Made by a program: the position numbers and the translations under genes
Notes under the pieces: model-generated
Databases searched by the model: none
What the model saw: only the letters and a program-made list of their open reading frames with translations
What the model was told of the DNA's origin: nothing
Shown: positions 23,585 through 37,510 of the stretch, piece after piece
How positions within the stretch are numbered: position 1 is the stretch's first letter
How the letters are laid out: each line of letters opens with the position of its first letter
Source of the DNA: Octopus sinensis
Taxonomy: Eukaryota
Direction: 5' to 3'
Assembly (NCBI RefSeq): GCF_006345805.1
Contig: NC_043018.1
Coordinates: 26,784,001-26,848,000 of the forward strand
Length of the DNA: 64,000 bases

Positions 23585-23866
23585 ATTACAAAGTGTATAT
23601 ATATATATATATGTAAATATAGAACTGAATTTTGGAAATAAATTCTCTATTTCATCTCTCTATCTGTTGGTGGTTCATACATCCGAAAAGAAGCACTCTA
23701 AAAAGTGTAAATTTGTGTGTGTGTATGTATGTATATATGCAGATCAACAAACAACATTGACGAAAGCTCGCTTGAGCTGCTAGAAATAGCAGTCAAACCT
23801 TTATCTACTCTCATCAGCGTCTTAAAGAAAACAAGGCACATCAAAATAATTCATTCCAGCCATGTG

Positions 23867-23914
<48 letters not shown>

Positions 23915-24849
23915 TATATATATGCACATGGCTGGAATGCCTGTGATCATAGGTTTGCTCAGGTTCAGTCGAAGCTGACCTGTGGTTAAATAAACATCGC
24001 GTGTTTAATACATTTCTGTGTTTTAGTAAAACTTAACGAAAAACGAAACATCACATTAAAAACTCGTTAATTAATCCACAAACAAACAATTGCCAAATTA
24101 TATAATGTAATATATAAAATTAGGTTTTTAAAAAATACCAAGTGGTGAAATAACCTCTGTGGCGGTCGCTTGGCGCGCTAGAAATAGCAACCAATTTGCA
24201 CTTTAATCGTACGCTTTTGCCGTGTGGAGAAGGGCCTTGGGAAGGGCGTATTGGATAATGAAGACCCACATAATGATATAGCTTAGAAATAAAACGTGGG
24301 GGTGAGGTCACGGTCGATACGTTTTATCAACCTGATCTGAGGTTGTGTAACTCCAGCAAACCAACAAAAAAATATAAAAATTATATTGCAAACTGACAAA
24401 CAAAAGGCCCCTGTATTCCCTCAGTTTATTTTAAATAGTTTCCTGAAATTGTTCTTGTTTAAATCGTTTGTAAAATGACATATTTCCACCCGTTTTTAGT
24501 GTTTGTGTTTCTAGGTTAATTATGACAATAATAAAATATTATTATTGTTAATAATAATAATAATAATTAGTAGTAGTAGTTGTAATAATCCGAGTTATTT
24601 CTAACATATCCACCTGACCTAATCTTGATAGACAACCGAAAAAAAACGAGGGGAAGGTGCCCCCTTTACGCGGTCGCTCTACCTGCTGGAAGTAGCAGCC
24701 AGATCTCCATCTCTTTCGCTTTCCCTCACATCGCACCCCTATCATAATACGCACGGCTCACTAGACTGTGGTCTATATATATATATACACACAGACATAC
24801 ATGTCTGCATACCGATACAAGTGTGCCTGCCGCTGTCTTTGTTGTTTCA

Positions 24850-25154
24850 TAACATTCAGAAAAATGAATATTTTTTAATGAAATTTTGTACAGGTATCTT
24901 TCAAGGTGTGTAGATTACGATTATATCAGAGTTTAGGGAGAGAAAAGAAAAAATGGTCAGCCCGCACACATGCATATTGATACGTATCACAATATATGAG
25001 GAAACAAAGCTGACACGTGTGAATTTTCCGAAACTCCTCTCGGAAGCTCCGGAAAGAATTCTTCACAAAAGAAATTCCGTTACAATTAGAATCTACACAA
25101 AATCGTTTTTGCAGAAAACTTCATTAAAAAATATCCATTTTTTTCTGAATGTTA
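24850..25154. mobile_element. MITE with inverted repeats of about 40 bp
   Basis: taacattcagaaaaatgaatattttttaatgaaa ... cttcattaaaaaatatccattttttctgaatgtta. Confidence 0.75.
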
Positions 25155-26344
25155 GGAGGCAGGAAAAGCGGTGATGGGGGCACACTTGTGTAGGTATGCC
25201 TCTGTGTGTAATATGGTGTGGTTACGGTTGGAAAGCTTTTAATAATCGGTCTGCTGAATCTGGACTGACTTGTGACTGAACGGTTGCTGCTACTGCTACT
25301 CCATCTCTTGAACAAGAGCTTGGCGGTCGTTCACCCTACTACAGATAACTGCCAATTAGTTATGTGCAACTCTCCACCCCTTCACTTTTGAAGCTTCATT
25401 TTTTAGTATAAGTACGTTTTTTGAACATGCAGAATATCGACAGGCAAAACTATTGTTAAATAAAATATTTATCAAAAATTTGAATTTTTTTTGATTATTA
25501 AAAGAAATGATAAATCCAAAGCACGTAAAAATAATTTTAAAAAAAGCTATAAACTATCGAAAAACGTATATCTGTAACAAGGTTCAAAAACGTGTTTGTA
25601 ATTAACGATAATTCTATCAGCTGTCATCATCGACATGTGACCATTTCTTGTCGGCAGTTGGTCCTAATTTTTACTCGATCTGTTTAGGCACGCTCAGAGT
25701 GCTTCAGCACTCATTATCATTAGATATTGATGTCTCTGTTCCATGGGTTGGACTGGCATCGGTACATTATCAATACATACACACAACAGTAGCAGGATCG
25801 ACACAGTGGCCGTAATGGTTCATAGTTCCATGCAGCGTTTGTGTTTAGGTATAAACTGGAAAAGTTACAGCTTAGAGCTTTACAGTTTTAGAGGGAAGGG
25901 ATTCATTTATTCATTTACTCGCCGCCCTATTGCAGTATCGACTGCAAGCCTGCATGTCACCACCCCTAACACAAAGGAGAGAAAAATCAATAAATATAGG
26001 GGCTTGGCCAGCCCCTATCAGTTTGTGCCAGTCACCATCTAGACATCAGCTGTTCTTGGACCCTTTTCTATCAATTCCCTCCGCAAAATAGGGACAATTG
26101 TGGCCTATCAGAAAAACAAGCCCTACAAGGTGAGGTGACTGTTACAAGTGAGTGTCGCTGGCTGTTCTCTGCAGCAACACCATCGTGGTCATTACTGTGG
26201 GGTATGGCTGAGCACACCATTTGTTCTAGGTTGTGTAACCCATCAACCCCTCCTGCTCCATCTTATGCTTCTTTACCCCACCTTTTTTATTTTTTCCTTA
26301 TCTCTCTTTTGCCGTGTTTCATCATCATCATTTAGCGTCCGCAT

Positions 26345-26672
26345 TACTGACACTCCATCGGTTACAACGACGAGGGTTCCAGTTGATCCGATCAACGGAA
26401 CAGCCTGCTCGTGAAATTAACGTGCAAGTGGCTGAGCACTCCACAGACACGTGTACCCTTAACACACTTCTCAGGTAGATTCAGTGTGACACAGGATGTG
26501 ACAAGGCTGGCCCCTTTCAAATTACATGTACTACTCATTTTTACCACCTGAGTGGACTGGAGCAACGTGAAATAAAGTGTCTTGTTCAAGGACTCGACGC
26601 GTCACCAGGAATTGAACTCACAACCTTGAGTTTGTGAGCTCAATGCTCCTAACCATTAAGCCACATGCCTTC
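26345..26672 (-). mobile_element. tRNA-derived SINE family D, full length
   Basis: Minus-strand head gtggcttaatggttagg...gagttcaattcc, core ttgaacaagacactttatttcacgttgctccagtccactc. Confidence 0.85.
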
Positions 26673-27029
26673 ACTAGGACTTTGCATACAAAATCTCAAT
26701 ATTTTTTGAAATGCAACAGACCTTATCTTTTACTTGTTTCAGTCATCTGACTGTGACCAAGCTGGAGTATCGCTCTGAAGGGTTTTAGTCGAACAAATCA
26801 ACCCCAAGATTTTTTTTTTTACGCCTTGTACTTATTCTATTGATCTCTTTGCCAAACTGCTAAGTTACAGGGATATGAACACACTAACACCAGATGTCAA
26901 ATGGTGGTGAGGGACAGACACAAAGATGCGCACACACACACACACACACATATACATATTTATACATGCACCTAGTCCACACTGTAAAGTGGTTGGCATT
27001 TGGAAATGCATCTAGCTAAACGACGCCAC

Positions 27030-27357
27030 CACTCACAACATCATAAGCGGAAAGTGTAACCTCTCAAAAGAGCTGTTCTTCACTCCTGCTCCAGAGCATC
27101 GGCTGCGGGGTCACTCCGAAAAGCTCTATCTGCGACGATTTCATCTCAATCGAAGGAGGGGGGCTTTTTCCGTCCAGGTTGCGGATCTGTGGAATAATCT
27201 GCCAGACGAGATAGTGATGATGCCGACGACCGCTCGTTCAAAGTCTCTCTTGACCAGAAATGGCCTGAACTCTTTGCATGAACACCACCCTGTACATAAC
27301 TCCATGTCCCCCTACATGGCCTTGCTTTTTGCTTTTTGAGCCAAAAAATTAACTTAA
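27030..27357 (+). mobile_element. CR1-group LINE 3' end (same family as 15768-15989)
   Basis: RGHSEKLYLRRFHLNRRR..., with 3' UTR nearly identical to the 15.8-kb copy. Confidence 0.85.
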
Positions 27358-28107
27358 CCTCGCCTGTGCTGGTGCCATGTAAAAGCATTCAGTTTACTTG
27401 CTGGGTGGTTGGTGTTAGGAAGGGCATCCAGCTGTAAAAACCACGCCAAAACAGATGCAGAAGCCTGGTTCAGGCTTCTGCCTGGCTGGCTCTGGTCAAA
27501 TCATGCAAGCCATGCCTGAATGGAAAGTGGATGTTAAATGATGATGATGATGACATACGATGAGCTTCTTCCAGTTTCCATCTACCAAATCCACTCACAA
27601 AGCTTTGGTCGGTCCAAGGCTATAGTAGATGACAGTTGCCCATGTGGGACCGAACCCAGAACCATGTGATTGGGAAGCAAGATTTTTACCACACAGCCAC
27701 ATCAATTTTTTTAATTTTTTCACGCAAGATGTTGTTTAGCCCAGAAACTCTTTTTTACATTTTGTGTATTATATATCACCACGAAGATATCTTTGAGAAT
27801 GTCATAATGACATATACATGTAAACCACCATCATCCCCCGCACACACACACAGAATTTGTCATTGGCAATAATATGGTTTATTTGTTAAAATTTGCATAA
27901 CAAAGAATGTTAGTACCAGACTGTTCAAAATTGCCATTCATAGAGAAAATATTTTGAATGGTCACAAAACAATGCAAATAGCATCAGATATGGATTTTGA
28001 ATGATATTTGGCTGTCTGATAAATTCCTTCAGTTTTCTTGTTTTTGTTTTTTTATTTTATTCCTACTTGGTACTTAATTTGTCATATGTTTGGAAAGAGG
28101 TAAAATT

Positions 28108-28518
28108 GGATCTTTTCGGTTTCAACGGCAGTTTTTTCAAGCGGTGTCATATGAAATTATCACCCATAATTATGACCCTAGTATTTTTCTATTGCATTTC
28201 AATGTGTTTTAGGGTTAGGGGTGGGGGGAAGGGTATCTTTTTTCTTCACAAATGTAAATAAACCCAATCTGTATCTTAAACGAGGGACATATTCATACGG
28301 CACAGAATGTTTTTTTTACCTCAATAGACGTCAGTGATTAGTTGAAATTGCAGAAATTGAAGAAAAAAACAACAAATATCTTACAAACTATAGAATTTTC
28401 TCAATAAAGCCAAGAGAGAAAGATGTTTTATAAACACATTCTACCAGTATACGAAGTTTAAAATTTTTTAGTTACCTCGAAATTATGTTAAAAACTGCCG
28501 TTCAAACCGAAAAGATCC
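28108..28518. mobile_element. MITE family 1, copy 3
   Basis: TIRs as in the other copies. 8-bp flanks gtaaaatt / ataaaatt match 7/8. Confidence 0.92.
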
Positions 28519-28736
28519 ATAAAATTTTATTCTAGTTTCAGAAAAAATGATAAACGACAAAAGTTGTTGAGGAAGAATTGAGCTATAAAAAACACCCCCC
28601 AAAACCCATCAATCACTATGATATATATACTTTTTTTCGTGTTAATTCAAATAACACTGAAAAGGATTAAAATAAACAGGGAAAAACTCCACAAAAAAAC
28701 ACAAATTTATTTGACAATCCTATATATTTATTTATG

Positions 28737-29020
28737 GAGGCGCAATGGCTTAGTGGTTAGGGCAGCAGACTCGCGGTTGTAGGATTGCGGTTTCGATTCT
28801 CAGACCAGGCGTTGTGAGTGTTTATTGACCGAAAACACTTAAAGCTCCATGAGGCTCCGGTGGGGTGGTGGCGATCCATGCTGTACTCTTTCGTCACAAC
28901 ATTCTCTCACTCTTTCTTCTGTTGGCCTGCTCGCTTAAAAGGCTAAAAAACAATACGAAGCGCATTGTGACCAGCGATATGTAGCAAGATCTGATAGCCT
29001 GGTCGGTCACGGTGATCACG
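28737..29020 (+). mobile_element. tRNA-derived SINE family C
   Basis: A-box TGGCTTAGTGG and B-box GGTTTCGATTC, followed by a non-tRNA body. Confidence 0.8.
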
Positions 29021-30599
29021 GTGATATATTTATTTACCCTTGTAAAAAAAAAAAAAAACATTTCTGAAAGATTTTTATTCATAGGCCCTAATGTTCAAAA
29101 TCTAAATTTCTAAGACTTATTATTACCTCCGCCTTAATGAAGGCAGAGGTATTATTTTCAGTCATATTTGTTTGTTGGTTTGTCTGAAATGTGTAAAAGA
29201 GTAAAGAGTTAAAATATTATTAAGCTGGTGCAGGGGCCACGTTAGAAGCACCCAGTGCCTTCTGTAAAGTAGTTGGCATTAGGAAGGGCATCAAGCTGTA
29301 GAAACCATACCATAGCAGACAGTGGAGCCTGGTGCAGCCCTTGGTCTTATCAGCTCATGTCAAAACATCCAATGTGGAGGTGTGTAGCTTAGTGGTTAGG
29401 GTGTTGGGCTCATGATCGTAAGATTGCGGTTTCAATTCTTGGACCAGGCAATGCATTGTGCTCTTGAGCAACACACTTCATTTCACGTTGCTCCAGTCCA
29501 CTCAGCTGGCAGAAAGGAGTTAATCCTATGAGGGACTGGCATCCCATCCTGGAGGGGAATATACATGTCATGGAAACCAGGAAACTGGTCCTTATGAGTG
29601 ATTCGACAAGGTAACCTTTTTTTTTAAGCTGTCCAACCTATACCAGCCTTTAAAATGGACATTAAATTATGATGATGATGATGATGATTTTGGGTGTTGT
29701 AGAAGTATGCACAATTTATTGCTCAAAAATTTTAATAATAAAATCTTTATCTGGATTCCCTAGGGTCATATGGACCCCGGTTGAGAACCACTGGTCTATA
29801 AGAAAAAGACAGGATGGGCAAGGCTGGAATGCTTTTGATCATAGGTTGGTACAATGAAGGCTGACCTATGGCTAAACTGTGGCAATAATCTCAGTGAAGA
29901 AATCTGAACATGGCCATTGGGTCTGCTAGAAAAAATAGATCTCCCTTCAATCACCCACTTTTACAGTATTAACCCTTCACCTGTCCTTTGTACCATGTGA
30001 TCATGTGATACACAGGACATATTTTTCTGGCATCCATGCATCATTCATGATACATGTTCCCAATTTCTTTTGTCTTTTGTTTTTTCAATCACCAGAGAAT
30101 AACTTGGGTCCTATGAAAGGAACATGAAACAAGAGCTAACTAAAAAGTCTGATAAAAATTCCGATAAGGTCAACTTTGCCTTTTGTCCTTTCGGGGTCCA
30201 TAAATTCAGTACCAGTTGCGTACTGGAGTTGATTTAATCGACTGCTCCCTCTTCCCCAAAATTTCGGGCCTTGTGCCTAGAGTAGAAAAGAATATAGAAT
30301 ACAGTTGTTGATGTATTAGAGAAGTCTTTGTCATCAAAATAGAAATAGCAGCCAAACTTCATGCGTTGGTAGTTATTTGAAAGAGTAAAAAAAAATAGAG
30401 AAATTATTAAATGAACTGACTGACACTTTCTGTAATGTAGTCCTAGATGGACGATATACTCTATGTGATTAAGAAATGGGACAACCACGGTGGCAATCCC
30501 TTTGATCACAAGTCAACTCAATAAGAACTGACCTGGTTGCTTAACAACCTTCAAATGGTTTCTGTTAAACTACTTATCTACATTTATGCTCATAGTGTA

Positions 30600-31644
30600 A
30601 ATGTGTGTGTGTGTATGTATGGATGTATGTATATATGTGTGTGTTTGTGCATATGAATGTGTGTGTGTATATGTGTTTGTGTGTGTGTGTGTATATATGT
30701 GTGCATGTATGAATGTGTGTGTGTATATGTGTGTATGTATGAATGTGTGTGTATGTTTGTATGTCTGTGTGTGTATGTATGTGTCTGTATATATGTATTT
30801 GTGTGTGCATGTATGTATGTGTACGTGCATGTGTGTGTGTATGTATATATGTATGTGTTCTTGTATGTATGTATGTGTGTTTGTGTGTGTCTGAACAAGC
30901 ACGTGTGTATGTATGTGTGAGTGAATGTGTGTGTACGCATGTGCGTTTGTTCTTGTTATATTCCTATATATTCAGTGCCTTTTTTGAGTGGGATCAGAAT
31001 ATACATGCTTTCATACACACATACATACCAATAAGCATGCATAGATACAACCATATGTACATAGACACACATACATACACATCAATAAGCATGCAGTAAT
31101 ACAACTGTATGTACATTCACACACACATATGTACATACATACATGCATACATTTATACATACACACCTATAAGCATGCATAGATACAACCATATGTACAC
31201 ACACACACACATATACACATCAATAAGCATGCATCAATACAATTATATGTACATACACACACACACATACGTACATGCATGCATTTATACATACATACAC
31301 ACCAATAAGCAATCATAAATACAACCATATGTACATACATGCACACACAAAGACATACGTATGTACATACATGCATGCATGCATAGATACTACCATATGT
31401 ACACACACACGCACACAGAAACACACACAAACACATACATACACATCAATAAACATGCATCAATACTACTATATGTACATACACACACACACATATGTAC
31501 ATGCATGCATTTATACATACATACATACATACATACATACATACACACCAATAAGCAATCATAAATACAGCCATATGTACATACATGCACACTCAAAGAC
31601 ATACGTATGTACATACATGCATGCATGCATAGATACTACCATAT

Positions 31645-31690
<46 letters not shown>

Positions 31691-31701
31691 ACACATACAC
31701 A

Positions 31702-31753
<52 letters not shown>

Positions 31754-31760
31754 ACACACA

Positions 31761-31800
<40 letters not shown>
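30600..31800. repeat. (TG)n/(CA)n microsatellite field containing a 55-85 bp minisatellite (31020-31650)
   Basis: The unit aataagcatgcatagatacaaccatatgtac plus (AC)n recurs about 9 times, with a roughly 246-bp higher-order duplication. Confidence 0.9.
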
Positions 31801-31803
<3 letters not shown>

Positions 31804-32214
31804 TATTTGACTGGTCAGTAGAGAAAACCTGCTACATTGATATTAAAAGCTGCCGTGATCCTGACATCAACTGGGAAGTTTCTATAGAGATAACAATATC
31901 AACAGATTCTCACTCAAAAGAAACAAAGATGGAAGGAAGAGACAGACTTAACATCAGCCAAGATGGCAAGCTTTCAACACTGCTTTGCATCACTCTGGCA
32001 ACATCTGCCAAGCAACAGCAGCAAAAAAAAAAAAAAAAAAATGCATCAACAATGTACTCAGAAGTGAAGAGAACGTCTTACAGGTGTGTAGAGAACTCAT
32101 TAAGGAGTAGTCCTTTTCCAGTGACACCCATGTGGCTTCAGAATTTCTGGACTGGTGTACTTCGACGAAAACCTGGAGCAGTAACTCTGCACACTGCAAA
32201 ATGTTTATGAATGG

Positions 32215-32780
32215 GTATGATGATCATCATCAACATTTAACATCGGTTTTCTATGCTGGCATGGGTTAGATGACTTGACAGGAACTGGTGAGGTCAGAGG
32301 TCACACCAGATTCCATAATCTGTTTTGGCATGGTTTCTACATCTGGGTGCCTTTCCTAATGTCAACTCCACAGAGTGTACTGGGTGCTTTCTGTATGGCA
32401 CCATCATCAGTGCTTTTATGTGGCACCAGCATCAGTGCTTTTTACATGGCACCTCGGTTTTAGGATCCCAATTCTGTTGTGGTGGGCAGGTCTTCTTAAG
32501 TACAGCAATGCACCGCATATCTTGGTCCTTTGTCATCTCCATTTGTAAGGTTCAACAGTTTGAGATTGGCCTTCAATACTTCACCCCATGTCTTCCTGGG
32601 TCTCCCTCTTCCACTTTATGATCAGCACTTCTTTATGCAACTATCCTCATCCATCCGCACCACAGTGCAGTTTCCTCTCTTGCACACTACATCTAATACT
32701 TCTTATGTTCCCTTCTCTCTCAATACACATGCACACTGACATTGCACATCCAGCAGAGCAAACCAGCTTCGTTCCTTTCC
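32215..32780 (-). mobile_element. Degenerate RTE 3' fragment (family of 2206-3090)
   Basis: Minus-strand remnants DEDSCIKKC and GRPRKTW, plus 3' UTR and (GAT)n tail. Confidence 0.8.
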
Positions 32781-32854
32781 AGCCATTTCACATCCTCTGC
32801 ATTCAGGGCCCTCAACTAATTACCATGCAGCATTGATGGAAATTGTAGTTAAGA

Positions 32855-33180
32855 CACCCGTGCCAGTGACACGTAAAAAGCACCATCCGAATGTGGCAAA
32901 TACTAGCGTCGCCTGACTGGCGTCTGTGTCGGCGACATGTTAAAGCACCAACCGATCGTGGCCGTTTGCCAGCCTGCTCTGGCTCCTGTGCCGTTGGCAC
33001 ATAAAAAACACCCACTACACTCATGGAGTGGTTGGCATTAAGAAGGGCATCCAGCTGTAGAAACTCTGCCAAATCAGACTAGAGCTTGGTGCAGCCTTCA
33101 TGGCTTCCCAGACCCCGGTTGAACCGTCCAACCCATGCTAGCATGGAAAACGGACGTTAAATGATGATGATGATAATGAT
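32855..33180 (+). mobile_element. RTE 3'-UTR fragment with (GAT)n tail
   Basis: Modules followed by ccatgctagcatggaaaacggacgttaaatgatgatg. Confidence 0.85.
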
Positions 33181-33671
33181 TGCAGTTCAGATTCCTGGAT
33201 CATACAATCTTCCCATCACTCAGAAAGAGAAACCTGTGGTTGCCAACAGAAGTAAAAGCTCTCTGAACTTTCCCCATCCCTGTAAACTTAACACTCACAG
33301 CACTGATTAAAACCACATATCTCTTCTACTACAAGACACCTGTTTCTGTCCCTCTGCTAAACTGTGACCTTTCATCACTTGGCACAGAGCCACCTCCCTC
33401 AATGCTATTCACTCCTACACCTTAGTTAAAAGGGTCTCGTCTTGCAAGTTACTTGGTGACCTCATTGGTGCTGGTGCCTCATAAAAAAAGCATCCAGCAC
33501 ACTCTGTAAAGTGGTTGACAGTAGGAAGGGCATTCAACCCAAAGAAAACATACCAAGGCAAACAATGGGGCCTGGTGCAGACTTCTGACTTAGCAGCTCC
33601 AGGCAAACTGTCCAACCTATGCCAGAATGGCTGCAGTCAAATGACTGAAACAAGTAAAAGAATAAAAGAAT

Positions 33672-34082
33672 ATATAGGAGTGGCTGTGTGGTAAGTAACT
33701 TGTTTACCAACCACATGGTTCCGGGTTCAGTCCCACTGCGTGGCACCTTGGGCAAGTGTCTTCTACTATAGCCTCGGCCCGACCAAAGCCTTGTGAGTCG
33801 ATTTGGTAGACGGAAAATGAAAGAAGCCCATCGTATATATGTATATATATATATATATGTGTGTGTGCGTGTATGTTTGTGTGTCTGTGTTTGTCCCATC
33901 CAACATCGCCTGACAACCGATGCTGGTGTGTTTATGTCCCCGTCACTTAGCAGTTTGGCAATAAGAGACCGATAGAATAAGTACTAGGCTTACAAAGAAT
34001 AAGTCCCGGGGTCGAGTTGCTCGATTAAAGGCGGTGCTCCAGCATGGCCGCAGTCAAATGACTGGAACAAGTAAAAGAGAAA
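33672..34082 (+). mobile_element. SINE family B, full length
   Basis: Complete head to tail. Confidence 0.92.
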
Positions 34083-34360
34083 GAGAGAGAGATACACATG
34101 CACATAGATACAGTCATGCACACCTCTATATTTATGTATGTGCAACATGCGCCATGCCTTTTTACGAACATTCTCATACACCTACATATACACATGTATA
34201 TACACACATATACAGATACATAGCTATGCAAACACACAAGCATACATACCCACAAGCACTTACATACCTATACACGCACATTCCTACATACATAAACACC
34301 TGTACATACACACACACCATACCTACCTCTAAACACACATACTTTCATAAGTACCTACCT

Positions 34361-34403
<43 letters not shown>

Positions 34404-35889
34404 CAGCTCCTGGCAAAAATTTTTGCAGTCACCACACATAGAGGATACTCACCTGGTTTTTTTTTTTTACTTTATAACAAATAAATAAATGTGGGAGATG
34501 ACAGAAAACAATTTTTATTTTGCAGCTGAAACATTCTAGCTTCAAGGAAAACACTTCAGACAAATTAAATCATTTTAATTAACAGCCATATTTTTCTCGA
34601 GACCGACACTGCTTGTCTGTTGTCTTTTACTTGTTGTAATCATTGGACAGCAGCCATGCTGTGACACCACCTCGAAGGGTTTTGTTGAACAAAGTGAACC
34701 TAGTACTTGATTTTCGAAAGCCTGGTACTTAATCTGTCAGTCACTTTTTTTCTCCCCTGAACCTCTATGGGGCAATAAACAAACCAACAGTGGTTTGCAA
34801 GAAAGCAGTGCTGGGAGACAATCGCAAATATGGAAACATACACACATCCATCCATCTATCCTACCATCCACTCACCCACCCAGCCATACATATATACATA
34901 CATCTTTGCGTGCATGTGTGTGTGTGCAACAGGTTGCTTTTTTTCAGTTTCTGGCTGCCAGATCCACTCACAAAGCTTTGGTGATTGTTTTAATCAGTCA
35001 CCTGAAGAGGTGCATTTTACACCTTGGATGTATGATAATGATTACACGACATCTCACTAATGTATTACTGGATCAAAAATGCATTGAAACTGTTGTAGTG
35101 ATTTTAAATAAAGAATATCGTTCAGTCCATTTTCTATCATTTATCTATTTATATAAACTCTACATGCTGTGGAATTCCTTATGCATATCCAGTTGCGGGG
35201 ACATTTCCATGGTATGATGACATCAAGTAGCCATTATCTGTGAATGAGTTTTGCAAAGCATTCTACAAGGTTTTTACCTGTATCTTCCTTAACTATATGT
35301 ATACATTATTTTGAAAATAGTGAAGAATTCAGTAAAATAACTGTCATGGCTGGCAAAATAATCATTAGTATTTTGGAAAAAATGCTTAATGGCATATCAT
35401 CCATCTTCATGTTCTGAGTTCAAATTCTGCTGAGGTCGGCTTTTCTTTTCATCCTTTCGGCATTGCTAAAATATGTATCCATTGAACAGTGGGGTTGATA
35501 TAATCAAGCAATTTTTCCTACAAAATTTCAGGTTTTGTGCCTACAATAGAGAAAATTATTGTTTGGAACATAAATTAACGTGAAATTTTGATTGAAGGTT
35601 TTAAATTATATAATTTTAATCCTTTTGTTACCAGGTTTTTATTGAAATACACTGCCTTTGTTTCAGTTAATATTTAAAATAATGAAGAATTTAGGAATAT
35701 AACTTTGTCATTATGAATGTAATGTTTGGAATATAAATTAAGAGACATTTTGACTGACGGTTTTAATTTAGGTCACTTTAAGCATAAGTGTGCATCATAC
35801 AACAAGGAAGCATTTCGGTAAAATAAATTTGCTGCTGTTAGAAAGAAACTGACTTGAGCTTTTGAGTGAAGGTTTAAATTTAGATCCTC

Positions 35890-36610
35890 TTAACCTTTTA
35901 GCATTTTTCAGGCCATCTCTGGCCAATATATGCTAACTGTTTTATGTTCAGAACTGGCCAGGTCTGGGTCTCTCACATTTACGCTACATCATTGAATTCT
36001 TAAAGCTACAAGATAATGCATAATTAATTCAAAACAATTTGAATTGGCATCTGTACTAGCAGGGTGCAAAGAGCACCATACGAGCATGATTGTTGACAGA
36101 GCAGCTAACCGGCTTCCTTGCCAGTGACACATAAAAGGCACCATTCGAGTGTGATCGTTACCAGCGTCGCCTTACTGGCACTTGTGCCTGTGCTAGTAGG
36201 GTGCCAAGAGCATCATCGTTGCCAGAGCAGCCAACTGGCTTTTGTGCCAGTGGCACACAAAAAGGCACCATTCGAGCATGATCATTACCAACGTCGCCTT
36301 ACTGGCACCTGTACTGGTGGTATTTGTAAAAAGATTTGAGTGAGGTTGTTGCCAGTACCACCTGACTGGCCCCCGTGCCAGTGGCATGTAAAAAGCACTC
36401 ACTACACTCTCGGGGTGGTTGGCGTTAGGAAGGGCATCCAGCTGTAGAAACTCTGCCAGATCAAGATTGGAGCCTGGTGCAGCCATCTGGTTCACCAGCC
36501 CTCAGTCAAAATCGTCCAACCCATGCTAGCATGGAAAGCAGACGTTAAACGATGATGATGATGATGATGAAGGATTACATTTTACAGAATAATCTGAATG
36601 CTAAAGGGTT
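35890..36610. mobile_element. piggyBac-like MITE split by an RTE 3'-UTR insertion (about 36045-36570)
   Basis: Left end ttaacctttttagcatt. Right end aatgctaaagggtt resumes directly after the RTE (GAT)n tail. Confidence 0.75.
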
Positions 36611-37214
36611 GAGCATGAAGTATATATCATAGAAGCGGGGGGTAGACTCAGATGGGGTCATCTCAAATGGGTTATCTACCATGCAGCCCCATGTTATAAA
36701 TGAGTGTTGAAATTCCAGTGTTTTTTCTTTCTTTTCAAACATTCGTTTTTATGTTTAATTAGAATGATACTGGACCCAAAAGTTCCAGCATCATCTCCTT
36801 GGCCAATAAAGATTCTTCGATTCCTTTCCGAATATCCCTTTTATCCAATCATCTGTATTTCATGACTGCTTCCTTTTCACCCTCTGTAACCTTTTTTTTT
36901 TTTTTCATATTTGTTAGACTTGTTTCAATCATTGAACTGTGACCATGCTGGGGCATCATTTTAAACGGTTTAATCTGACAAATTGACACTAAAACTCAGT
37001 TCTTATTCTACTTGTCTCCGTTTGCCGAACCATTAAGGCACCACCAGTTGTCAGGTGGTGGTGGTGGTGGTGGTGGGGACGCATCTAGCTGTAGAAATCA
37101 TACCAAAGCAGATACTGGAGCTCACCACGGTCGTCTAAACTTGTCGGTTTCTGTCCAAATGTCCAACTCATGGCAGAATAGCACACTGACATTAAATCCT
37201 TACGACACTTGAGG

Positions 37215-37510
37215 GTCCATTACATTACATATCCCATAGTCTGGTTGACTGTTGGGACACTCCTGGTGACCTTGCGACCAGGTCCCTCCACCCACCTCTG
37301 TCTTCTGCCTCTCACACTGCGTCTCTCATTTTTAGGCCTGTCCTCTCACAGATGGTGTTTCCCTCACCTCTTTCTGTCTGCCTCTGCATCTGCCACTTTC
37401 AACTGTTCCCCAAAGGATTGTTTTGGCCATCCCTGATGAGTGGGTGACATGCCCAAACCACCTAACCTTGTGTTTCTTTACTGGGGTAAGAAGTTCCTCA
37501 TAGGGCCCTG
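37215..37510 (-). mobile_element. RTE-clade LINE 3' end (third family)
   Basis: GPYEELLTPVKKHKVRWFGHVTHSSGMAKTILWGTVESGRCRGRQK...EDRGGWRDLV, with (TGTAA)n tail. Confidence 0.8.

Noticed and set aside
31805-32210. About 135 non-repetitive open codons at the end of the 31275 ORF
   Set aside because: No splice signals or domain, and it includes a poly-A run. Faint resemblance to a decayed RTE C-terminus (IKSCRDPDINWE) suggests a TE remnant.
34995-35030. CTGAAGA-GGTG-catttta-CACC hairpin
   Set aside because: No GAAA or stem III follows, so it is not a hammerhead.
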